The notes below the pieces were generated by a model. That model was not told the origin of the DNA and did no database searches. It saw only the letters and a program-made list of their open reading frames with translations. A stretch of DNA of 63,133 nucleotides, the filler included, from Intoshia linei (Eukaryota > Animalia > Orthonectida), in assembly GCA_001642005.1 (NCBI GenBank). It is 6 parts of 6 records of this genome, joined end to end, with 100 filler letters (N's around TTAATTAATTAA, not from the genome) between each part and the next. Parts side by side here need not be neighbours in the genome. Positions count along the whole stretch, not along the records: positions 1 to 31,707 come from LWCA01000340.1; 5 more parts are not named here. One strand, given 5' to 3'. Position numbers and translations under genes: made by a program. This document shows, in pieces, positions 1 through 11,700 of this stretch (positions are counted from its first letter, which is position 1; each line of letters starts with the position of its first letter).

Positions 1-1362
1 TGTTAATTAGCTAATTAATAAACATAATATTGATATCATGATGCTTGTAATTTTATACGGATTATCATATAAAAAATGGCATTTTGCCATAAAAAACAGC
101 CCTAATTATTATACATTTATCAGCATTGAATTACATTTATCATTGAATATAATTAATTATATTGTATATATGATTAATAATGATTAATAATAATAATCTT
201 TGTCATTTATTTACATAAAAATGGATCCGCATAAAATATTATCAAATGAATTCAATATTTAGAAACATTAATTCAAAATTCAAACAAACTGATGTAATCG
301 CATATTCAAACAGAACATCTATTTAACGTTCATAATGTTGATTATATCAAGTAATCCACCGAATACAGTATGTTGTCTATTTTAAGGATAAATAATATAA
401 AATAATATCTATTACAATAATATAATACATTGGATTGAGAATTTAGTTATTGAAATAAACGATAACACACACACAAACAAATATTGCGTAGCATATTATA
501 AAAGTAAGGATAATTTATAATGTATATGTGAGTAGACTCGATAGAATATTTTAAAATATTTTTTTTTCTCATGATATTTTTAAAAACCGGTTCATGACTG
601 GTTTTTTCCATTTCAAAAAAAACCGGGTTTGTTTTATCATAGTTTTTGCATCATACAATATATACCACATTTACAATTCCATCACACCCCACATCGTATG
701 AATCTCTCAGCAAATTTTTCATTTCCTTAATATCTTTTATTGGGCTATTGTTAATTTTATTCTTTTGTTTTGTACTAGTAAATTTCTATTGAGCTTCTGA
801 CATTTCAGTCACTAATCTATAACCATTAAAAACATATAGAACCTTTTTAATTAAGTTCCATGTTTTTAATATTTAGTAAACTGATGCATCTGTGGTGCAT
901 CCCTTTCAATCTGATTGGGGTGAAACATCCAGAACTACTTCAAATACAGATGTTGTGTCAATAGCAATAACTGTGATCCTTTCTACATTATCAATTATTT
1001 ACCATTCATTTTATTTCCATGTCTTTTATTATGCAAATAAATTAAATTTTAATAAATTATGTTTAAAATTTTTTATAAATGTTTTGTATTCTTTTTTAGG
1101 TCTGTAAATATATTATATTCGTTTATTATATTTTTATTATTGTTCATATCGTGACTTTAAAGTTAAAGGAAAAAGAATTTTACGTGGCTAAATAATTACT
1201 ACATTTATTAAAAAAAACGTTTATGCGGAGGCGAAAGATAAAATTAATATCTAGTTTATTATATTTAAACTAGGTTGACTGTTAAGCACTACGTACAAAC
1301 AGCACCTAGCTTTGATAATGTTAACGTTTACTAATGTTAATGTGATATATGTACATTTTAGA

Positions 1363-2720
1363 CATTTTAGTACAATTAGTAGAGAATCTAAATGGGGTGC
1401 AGAGGTGATTGTCCCCTGGTGTGACAAATGTGCTCTAATATATTTTAATTGGTATATTAAAAAAATATTTAAGGACCCATCAAATTGCATTTATTATTAT
1501 TATTGAATTATGCTTGCCATCATTATTTACGTTTTATGTACTTTAATTTGTTATCGGAGTTTAACAGCATTTTTAGTATGATTTAAGTCAAACTGTGTGC
1601 AATGTGAGAATTTATGTACAATACAATGAAAAATCTATATAACAACATATTGTATAAGCACAATGTGCTCAGAGGTGTTACACCCGTATGACACCTAGGC
1701 CATACGGCCTAATGCACATTTGATATAAATGTGATTATGTAAAATGTATGTATGTGTAATTTATGATTTATTAATTTTTTTCATATAGAAAAGGCCTTTT
1801 AAAATGATTTTAAAAAAGTTTTAAATTTAAGCTATAAAATAAATAAAAAACCAAAGTCGATAATAATTCATTCGAACGGTGGAATAGAATTAATAAATGC
1901 TCTTGAAACGTTAAACTCCGATTATATTAAAACGCATATTGACGAGGTAATGTTGACTGCATGCCCACTCAAAGGCAGTACTGAAATGTTGTTAGGTTAT
2001 TACACTTTGGTCAATTTAATGTAGAAATGAACAATAACTGGATATTAGCAATGTTTTTGCAACATTATATTCGCATATCAGACACATCACTAACTTTGCT
2101 ACCAAATTATATGTATCCTGGTATAAATGATACCATTCTTAATAAATATGGAATTAACTATACAATGAATGATGCATCCTACCTAATTGGTACTGACAGA
2201 GCAAATAGCCATAAATAACCCTTTTTTAAAAAATGAAAAATGTTCCAGAATTTTATAAAACATCAAATTTGGAGATTTTTTTAATGTTATAAGCATTCTC
2301 GTATATTGCAGCCTCAAAATCAATCAACTTCACTACCAAAACCCCAGATTATCATTTTTTTAAAAATGATAATAGTCTTAAAATTGTCAAAATTTTTTTA
2401 TTAGAAAAATAAGTACTCTAAACTAATCAAAAAGTCCTTGAAATTAAAAAAAACAAAAAATCTAGATAAAATATTTGAAAAATCTTTTAATACATGTATA
2501 TGATCACTGATCAACCATATTTTTACGTTACTCTAAATTTCCAATACTCAAACTTCAATATTACTATAATATATTATGATGTCTTCGAATATGTGACAAC
2601 TTTAGTATATCAGATAATACACATCAAATAGACTTAATAGACGAACTTGATATACACACAGCGATTTTACAGTACCAAGAGTTTATTGATGCAGTAGAAA
2701 AAAATATGTGTAATAATTAA
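1363..2720 (+). pseudogene. LCAT / lysosomal phospholipase A2 (PLA2G15)-family acyltransferase, apparently disrupted
   Basis: Fragments are collinear with the LCAT fold. 'GAEVIVP..IYFNWYIK' lies at ~1395-1460. 'VLRGV/PYD' at ~1665-1695 has a frameshift and a TAG. The nucleophile elbow reads 'KPKSIIIHSNGGIELINALETLNSDYIKTHIDEVMLTACPLKGS' (HSNGG at 1869-1883; cf. AHSMG..WKDKYI..LGAPWGG). The C-terminus 'CLRICDNF..HQIDLIDELDIHTAILQ..*' (2580-2720) carries the catalytic His. The 5' boundary is approximate. Confidence 0.65.
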
Positions 2721-3355
2721 TAAATATAATAATATACTTATGTATTAATTAATTTATTTACAAAATTTTTAAGCATTACAAATTATGGACTTAATTATAA
2801 AAGATTAAGTATTATGTAGTGTAGAAGAATCCTGTAACGGATAAGGTAAGCATTTACCATATCTAGATCCACTTCGGTAAATTGTGAGCGAATAACAAAC
2901 AAAAAATTAAATTACAAAAATAACACCAGTATGTTATGATAAAAGCGAGTTTCATTTCAGGATATAAAGTGTTATTGAACTGACTAGTAAAGCAATAATA
3001 ATTATAATTACTGTAGAATAAAATTTATTGGTCAATGAATACAGATTTTAACAATCAAATTATATACAAAAACCATGATCCACCGAGTCAATTAGATTTT
3101 CCATATTAAATTACGATGCACAGCATTAATTTCTAAATTAATTTATTAGTTATCATTACTGATATAATGTAAAATAAATAAAAATATAGGTATTCGTTTA
3201 ACGATTCGTAACCCTACAATTTAGCCCTAATATTTGCTTTAAACTAAATCTAAGACACATCTGCTATCCTTAAATGTGAATGTTGTTTACTAGATTTACA
3301 TTTTTTTCATATTTTGCCTAAAACTCATACAAATTATTTTAAAAAGTAACACTGT

Positions 3356-3707
3356 ACACTGGGGTGTCCCATTCCTCTATTAATCAAAAGCAATTAGCAC
3401 TAAAGTGTGTATTTTTATAATAGAAAAACTCATTCGCAATCAAAAACATTTAACGCTATCTATTCGAGTTGCGTTTTGTCATGTTTCTAGCTCAATTTTT
3501 TGGATTTTTGCTAAATTGTATTCAATGCATAATATGCATATCCATAATATTTTTAAAGTGATATTTAAAATGACAAACCAACTCGAATAGATAACGTTAA
3601 ATGTTTTTGATTGGAAATTAGTTTTTCTATTATAAAAATACACACTTTTAGTGTTAATTGCACATCGAATTTATAAACATTTTCGAAAAAAAGTGACACC
3701 CTACTGT
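3356..3707. mobile_element. Tc1/mariner-type foldback MITE
   Basis: Ends read TA-CACTGGGGTGTC...GACACCCTACTG-TA. Internal arms at ~3391-3471 and ~3579-3661 are near-perfect reverse complements of each other. Confidence 0.75.
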
Positions 3708-3718
3708 ATACTAACTTT

Positions 3719-6700
3719 TTAAACAACAAATAAAATCATAAAAATAATGATTACGTTGACTATTTCTTTATCAGAGGTAAATTGAACCGTTGATATTTTT
3801 AACTCTTGAAACTCACCATCTACCAGACATTTATTTGATTTGCAATGCGTACATAAAGAATGCCAATTTTTATCAGCTGATAACAATTTTGCATTTCCAA
3901 TTATAAATAGTCCAAACCTAAATTAATAAATTATTTGTTGTATGATATTATTTTTAGTATATGTATGTATTAATTGTATGACAAAATGTATCATGCCCGA
4001 CGAGAGGATCAATGATCATATTGTCTAGGTCAGTGTTTCTTAACCTTTTGCATGTCAGGGTGCACCAGTGAAATACATGAGCTAGAATTTTATTTAAAAA
4101 AACAAAATGTACCACCAAACAATGTAAATTTTATAAAAGGAATTAAAGCTATATCAACCAAACATGTTCCAGTTACTTTTCAAACCGTATTTAGCAAAGG
4201 TACTAAAAATTTATTAACGCGGATTTGTCATTCCATATACAAATGTATTGTTATATATTTTTTCCAACATCCATATACAAAATTTTGTAATACATATTTT
4301 GAGTCAAAATCGATTTGCGATGAAATTAAAGACAGGAAAATCGTTATATTTATGAGCCAAAATCAGTAAATGGTAAAATCATTTTTTAACCTAGAATGCG
4401 TAAATTTCTGATAGAGATAATTTTATATCTATATCATGTAAAATAACTTGAATCAGTGTAATCTTTTTTAAATTCTAGATCCATTAATTATTTTAAATTT
4501 TTTGTTTTAATAAAATAGTCCCCAAATAAATAAAAAAATGAATACCAAAGTGCTTTTTTAAAACGTGAAACGTTGTAATTAAAACTTTTTGCATGTGTTA
4601 ACTAAAGATAACTACATAAACACCATTTTTTTTAAAATCTAGGACTATTTTCATTTTTTAAAAAAATAGTATTCTGGTATATTGACTGTGAAAATAAACT
4701 TTTAACTTTGTTATTTATTATAATGCTTATAATTTTAACTTAAACTTAAACTATCCCAGAATTTATATTTTATAAAATTTTTAGAAAATTATTCATTTTA
4801 TTAAACACACGGTAATTATTAATTATTAATTATTAATAAAGGTAATTATTAGTACAGGGTAAAAATTGTAAACAAAGGGTAATCTAGGGTTTTGATCGTG
4901 AAAGGGAATTTTTTTGAGGCTGTGATTTATGATAATGCTTATGATTTTTAAAACTATCGCAGAATTTATTTTTTATAAAATTTTAGCTACTGTTTGTATG
5001 AAGTACATAAAAGTTAAGCTAAAATTATATAATCTAATCCAGAAACTCTTTCATAAATTAAGAATACTTTGATCGCGTGATGGCTACGTTTAATCGTCTA
5101 TAATTCGACAAAAACCCCATTTTGTCATCATCATTGGACCTAACAGTTGAAAAAATGATAAAATCTTTTTCGCGTCCTTGAAATAAATCCACAGATCCTA
5201 TTTCTATTTTCCTTGCATTAGTCTATATTAAAATATTATACACACATGAGAGGTATACATAAGGGGTGTAAGTATTTGCATTTTTTTCGAAAATTAAAAA
5301 GTACACTCACACACGTTAAGGAGCCGGTTGAAAAGTACACAATTAAAAAAAATAATAGTATAAAAGGATTACAAAAAAACTTTAGGGCTCAGCACTTCAA
5401 AATTTACATATAACATAATTAATTTTAATTGTGTTTATTGTTTCTATGAATAATCAAAATGTTAATTGGTTAATTACTACACCATAACGATCCAACCAAA
5501 TATCGTGAATAATGTCGTTCTGCTCCGGAGACTTCACACTTTAGTATAGCCCCAAAATTTTTTTAAAGAATTATAAAGCAAGATTAGGTGCAAATTGGAG
5601 ACACAAAAATTGCTCATAAGATGAGTGGGTACTTTTGATATCAAAATTAGACTTACACCCCTAGTATACATGTATATTAATGACTCTTCATAAAAAAGGT
5701 GCCTAATTTTTATTTTATAAACACCTTTGATATGAAGTAAATTAAAAAATTACATATTCAGGAAAGTTCAAATCTATATATGTTTTTATGTATACTGTTT
5801 GAGATTTATAAGAACTAATTACGCCAATATTCGTAGATTCTACACCTTTTTCAAACAGATGAAATAGTATTATTATAATTCTTTTGATTTCGGATAAATT
5901 ATAATAGGATTTGTTCATCATCATTTCAATTCCAACAGTATTCCAAAATAGTAATGGAAGATTTTTGTTGAACCATTTCAAATTTTTAATGTTACTGCGA
6001 TCTGATTTTGAAATTCCACTATATAATTTATTTTTATAAAAACTTTTTGCTGAAAATTCAATTAACCCCGGATGCATTCTGTACTGCGTATCCAATAAAA
6101 CTGGTTTAATTCCTGCCAATAGTAGCCTTTCAAACATTGACATATCGTAACCTAATTCAACTAAAGCTTGATTTTTAATTATCGGTTGCAGTTGGTGTTG
6201 GTCTCCGACAAGAATTAATCTTACACATCCTTTAACTATGGGAACCAGACAGTCTAGTTCGGTACCTAGTGTGGATTCATCAATTAATACAGTATTAAAA
6301 GTCATATCACTAATCATAATATTATTTGCGCTATGACAGGTCGCACAAACAATCTTTATTTTTTGAAATATATAATACGAAGCCTTTTTTAATTTTTTAA
6401 AATACCAATTTCTGAGAATTTTATTTTCAGATTTATTCAGAATTCCTTTCATTTTCATTTTTTCATATTTTTTTAAAAACGGATACATTTCAAAGATTTT
6501 TTGGTAAATGTCTAAGTTTTTTAACTTGGATTTCCTACGAGCTGATCTGGAGAAAATTCTTACCACATTTACTCCTGCTTTATCTAAAGCTTCCGCTAAA
6601 TTATCGACCGCTACATTTGACGGAGCACACACTAGAATATTTCCTTTATATAATGATAAATGATAAATAAGCGTAGCCGCTGTTTTAGTTTTACCTGTAC

Positions 6701-7298
6701 CAGGTGGACCCTGAATAATGGTAACTGGTGTAGTCATAGAAGATTTGACAGCCATTTTCTGTGAGTTATTCAACTTGCAAATTTTTTCTACACTAAAATC
6801 TTCCGGTAGGTTCTTATAATTTATACTAATATTATGGCGCACATTTCCCAATAAAATTTTTTTAAGTTGTGAAGAAAATGATTTGTTAATAAAAGCATTT
6901 AAGGCTTCTGATTTATTTTTAAACTGATGGTCGTTATGCACCAAATGAATATAAAATACTTGATGCTTTAATAATATACTTTGAAAATTACTGATATAAA
7001 TGATGTAATAATCATCATTAAGTATATTCATGGATCCTCTGAAAGTGTCATCGCATTCCTCAGAATAATATAATGATAATAAGATAGATTCCATTCCATT
7101 TTTGATAAAATTTGTACAATCTTTTTTTTTAACTAGTCCATAAATTTCATCTTCCATTTCAATCCACTCAATACTTATATTTCTGGAATGTTTTTGGCGG
7201 TAATATTCTTTTTCTGAATAGTTTTCCAAGTGTAAAATGTGACTGTAAACTTGCTTATACTTTTCGATAGTTTCATATTTTGCAGTTACTATCTTCAT
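3719..7298 (-). CDS. UPF1-like superfamily 1B RNA helicase, 3 exons (7298-5754, 5222-5068, 3917-~3719); lacks the N-terminal CH domain
   Basis: Stalk-like start '[19 protein letters not shown]', Walker [30 protein letters not shown] and QYRMHP are in exon 1. Exon 2 reads '[38 protein letters not shown]'. Exon 3 reads '[14 protein letters not shown]'. Splice phases are compatible (0, then 2). The 3' end is uncertain. Confidence 0.9.
5262..5662. mobile_element. MITE with AGGGGTGTAAG terminal inverted repeats, in helicase intron 1; related copies at 16951-17213, 21730-21960 and 22147-22457
   Basis: AGGGGTGTAAG...CTTACACCCCT ends. Internal sequence (gatacacaatt, agcacttcaaaat, gtacttttgatat) is shared with the other copies. 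Confidence 0.75.
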
Positions 7299-7959
7299 TG
7301 CGTTATTTTCACAATTTTGAGGATTTAAAATTTCTTTAATTATGTAAACTTTCGATTAAGTCAGCATGAATACTTGTTTGCAATGTTTACACTATGTTTA
7401 CAAAGTATAAATTATTTAGCCTGTCGACTTTGAAAATTAACATTTAATAAATAGCCAATTTCGGCATTGTTATAAATTGAAAAAATTAATTTAAAAATTA
7501 CAATTTGTAAATTGATAACGATAAATTGATTGATGAAACGTGATGTGGTTAAAATAATAAAATGTTAGAATTATGGCATGACATGAATAAAATTGAAAAA
7601 ATTTATTCAAAAAGTAGTTAAGCTTGATGGAAAAATATGCTTCTTATTATAACAATCTTATTGTTATATTATTTATATCTTATATCTTATTTATATTATT
7701 ATAATAATTGACATCTGCTCGTTTTAATAAAAATGTTTTATGATTGCTCGGAATGTGAAACTGTGTTTTTTTTCATTTTATAGTGCTCAAAATTTTTAAA
7801 ATTTACTCGCTTTTTTGTGTCTACCATATAAATTAACATTTTGTATTACATTACGACTAAATTTAAATTAAACTTTCATTATTTATTTTTCTTACTATTT
7901 TCAATTTTAATCTAACGAAAAAATATTCAACAATTTAATAAAATTATACGTTAACATTT

Positions 7960-8242
7960 ATGTTTTGCAAAACTAGATTGAAAATTACATTGGATATTAT
8001 GCAATAAAAACATATGCGAGAAAGGATCAAATGTGGACAGACATCTAGAAACATCAAAACATCTTACGAAACTTGATGATTTAAAGAAACGTATCCATTC
8101 AAATTCCGAGATAAAGGTTTTTTTCGCAACCCGGATTGTAATATTATTTACCCGGTTAAATATACCGTTGAACAAAATAAATAATAGTGATCTAATAGAT
8201 TTTTTTGAAGCTTATAATCAGGGATGGCTTAAATGCTGTTAA
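7960..8242 (+). pseudogene. CGGBP1-like / hAT transposase N-terminal remnant
   Basis: 'LCNKNICEKGSNVDRHLETSKH' is a degenerate BED-type zinc finger. It is followed by 'LFTRLNIPLNKINNSDLIDFFEAY' (cf. the ANIPL.KL.N...FL.KY motif). Confidence 0.55.
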
Positions 8243-8748
8243 CCGATTATTTATGTAAAGATTCACTGATATCAAAAAATTTTTAAAAATTAAATTTAAA
8301 AACATAAATTCAATACATTAAAAAAAAATTATAAAACGTCAAATTTTATCGCAAAATTAAATACAAAATTGTCGACTAATGAATGTTGACAATATTTTTT
8401 CCATCTTTTATGTTAAAAAGAAGACGTTACTCCATCTTTAAAATTTTAATTTACATGTTGTCTTGTGTCTAAAAAAAATAAACTTTTATGTCAAATGGAT
8501 TTTTATATGTAAAAATCTAAACACTTAAAATGTTAAATTTATTGGATTATTATTATATTCATTAAATATTCATAACTGAAAACATGAAGAACAAAAAAAA
8601 TGTACGCATTTTATATTTATATGAGTACCATTCCAATATTATTATCTTAAAGTTATAGTTAAGTTAAATATCGTATTTTTCTCTACAACTCACAAAAATT
8701 TGATTGATTTTTTGAGCGAGTTGTAAATAATTCGTGTACCATACAATC

Positions 8749-11700
8749 ATGGAATTTATAGAGAGAGCAGCAAACAAAAATTTTGTTAATTTATTCGAAT
8801 CATCATACGTAGTACGTACCTTGTAGAAATTAATTAATAAATTGAAAATTTTTTAACTTTATTGATTGGAATATTGAATCGGTTTAATTAGGGTCCCTCG
8901 AAATCTCTGAATATCTAATTATGTTGATAATTATACAGTAACAACTAAATATGTACTTTTAATTAGTACGAAGGTGTCAACTTGACACCTTGTCGAGTTT
9001 TTTATGAAAAGTTGGAACTGTGTTTTTTTCGATATAGTTTTGATTTAGTTGTAATGTCTATGTAGATTTTGTTTACTATTCGCGATGAATATGAAAAACA
9101 TAATAAAAGTGGCGTTAATTGCATGTATTTTGATGCTGATCACAAATATTTGTATTCTGGCGGTCGAGATACAATTATTAGACGATGGAACTGTTTTTAT
9201 AGCGGAGAGGTATTTTTTCATTTTTATTTCACACTTTTGGTGTTATAAATAGAAAATACATCAACACTTACATTAATTAAGTAATTCCAAGATGATTTAA
9301 ACAAACAATTTAACAAAATGGAAATTGCAAATTTTTGAATCTTGAAGGCATAACTTTGTGATTGAATTTTTTTGTGTATTTCAAATGGAATATGTTATGG
9401 ATATGGAATTAGCTGTGATTATTTTTAAATTCGCGGATTGTGTATTTCATTTTTGAAACTAAACGTAGTTTAATTTGGGTTTTGACTCTAAAGATACAAA
9501 TTTTTGAAGTTTCAATTTATAATCATAATTATAAAAACTTTCCGGATTTTTTTTTAAATGCAAAGACTCCATTTTGATAAAAGATAATTTGTGGTTTTGG
9601 TCGTAAAGTTTTGAGATCAAGGTTTTAATTTGAAATGTATCTTACTGCACGAAAAAAACTGACTTATAATTTTTGTTTCGGAGACTGAAAGTGTTCTAAA
9701 GAAATGGACACCCTCACAAACGGAGAGGATTAGATTGGAGAATTACTTTAAAATATAATTTGAATATGCAATATATAGGAAATGGAACCAGAATATATGG
9801 AGCATCATATTGATTGGGTGAACGATTTATTTTTATGTGAAAATGACTCAAAATGTAAATATTTGTATTATACCGTTAGGGAACCGATGTAGACTCAGGT
9901 CGACCATCTAACTATCTAAATAAAAATTAATTGTCTAAACTGAGATAACTAGCCAATTACTATTCTCCCATCTGTAATTAATCACTATTTTACGATTATC
10001 ACATCGGAAGTAATTTTTATTACGTTGAAAGTGAAATTGTATGTTTTTGAATCGGTTCAACACATCTATCATAATCCACCTTTATAAAGTAAACTATTTT
10101 TATTTAGTAATTTCAGCTTCAAACGATTTTACTGTAAAAGTGTGGAACACGGATACATTATCGTGTATTTCTACAATCAGAAATCACACAGTTAATTTTA
10201 TTCATATAAATAAATTATTCCACCTTAATATTAACATTAAACATAAGTAATTAGTAATTATATTTCATTAGTAATGATTAGGGGAATTTATTTATCACTA
10301 AAAATTCGAAAAAAATATAAAATTTCCCAAAAATAATGTGACTTTTTATGACAAATTCATTTATTATAGTACAGCGGATCCTAAATGAAGATACTGGGAC
10401 CCTTAGGGACCCCATAAAATATTTTAGAGTTTACATATTACAAATCATGATGTTGATTTGTATTGATAAACATATGATATTAATGATACAGTGAAAGAGA
10501 ATGCGTAAATTTTTAGGGTTGAAATTTTGTATCTATGTCAACTGGAATAAGCTCTATCAGAATAAATTTTTTTGTAATTGTATAACCGTTAATTATTTCA
10601 AATTAAGTTTAAAATAAAAAAAAAAAGTACTAATGTTCTTTTTAAACCGTCAAGACGTTAATTTTTCAGATTTAAAATTTTTTTGTGTGTTAACTGGATA
10701 TAAATATCAACTTTAACTTTTTTTAAATTATAGGTCAATTTTTATTCTTTTAAAAAAGGTAATCTGGGTTTTGATCGTGAAAATGAACATTCTTGGGTTA
10801 TGTATCGTTATTTATCGGCCATTTATCGTAATGTTTATGATTTTAAAAATTATCCAAAAATTTACGTTGTATAAAATGCTAGGACTTAATCATTTTTAAA
10901 AAAGGGTCATTTGGGGTTTTGGCCGTGAAGATATAAGATTTTGAAATTTAAATTTATCATAATGTCGATTTTGTTAAAGTTTATTTACATGGAATTTTAA
11001 AAAAAATATTCCCTTAAAAACACTACAAAATTATCTTCATAATCTTTAAAGATGGTAGAAAAAATTATTTCTTTAAAAGCCCTACAAAATTTTGGTCTGA
11101 AAATTACCTTCAAAATTGTTAAAAAATGATAGAAAAAAATATTCCCTTAAAAACCCTACAAAATTTTGGTTCGAAAATTATCTTCAAAATTTTTAAAAAA
11201 TGGTAGAAAAAAATATTCCCTTAAAAACCCTCCAAAATTTTAGTCAAAAAGTTATTAATATAACATAATAATAAAGTATAAATAAAGAAAGCCACTAAAA
11301 TTTGGTGAAAAAACAATGAAATAAAAAATTTAAAAAACTTGATGATTACGTCGCTCTAAGTATTAACGCGTACATCTTAGAGTCTAAGATGTATCGCTCC
11401 AACAATACATGGCTCAAACGAATTACGCTCAAATGTATGTCGCTCCAGAGAATTTTTAACTAAATTACTTTATATAAATTAGGATTAACTTTGATTTCAT
11501 CATAAAATGCATTGAAAACGAATTATAGAATTTGGTTATTCAGGTTGTCTTTTAATGAATTGTAAAATTCAAATAAATTCACCTTGTTTACAAAAAATGA
11601 TCTATATTTATCTACACACTTAATTAAATAGACTTGAAATATTCAATTTTTACTTTTTAATTTTAGGATTACGTAACTTGTCTATCTTATTCTGCATTTT

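Noticed and set aside
440-512. '..HTNKYCVAYY' followed by gtaag as an exon of a repeated gene family (also 54230 and 57140)
   Set aside because: Better explained as the reverse complement of the Helitron 5' end, and it does not splice in frame to the adjacent CFAP99 exon.
640-1020. Coding-like minus-strand fragments
   Set aside because: Several in-frame stops and no recognisable family.
8971-8991. Near-perfect palindrome AAGGTGTCAA-C-TTGACACCTT in WDR48 intron 1
   Set aside because: Single short occurrence with no supporting context.
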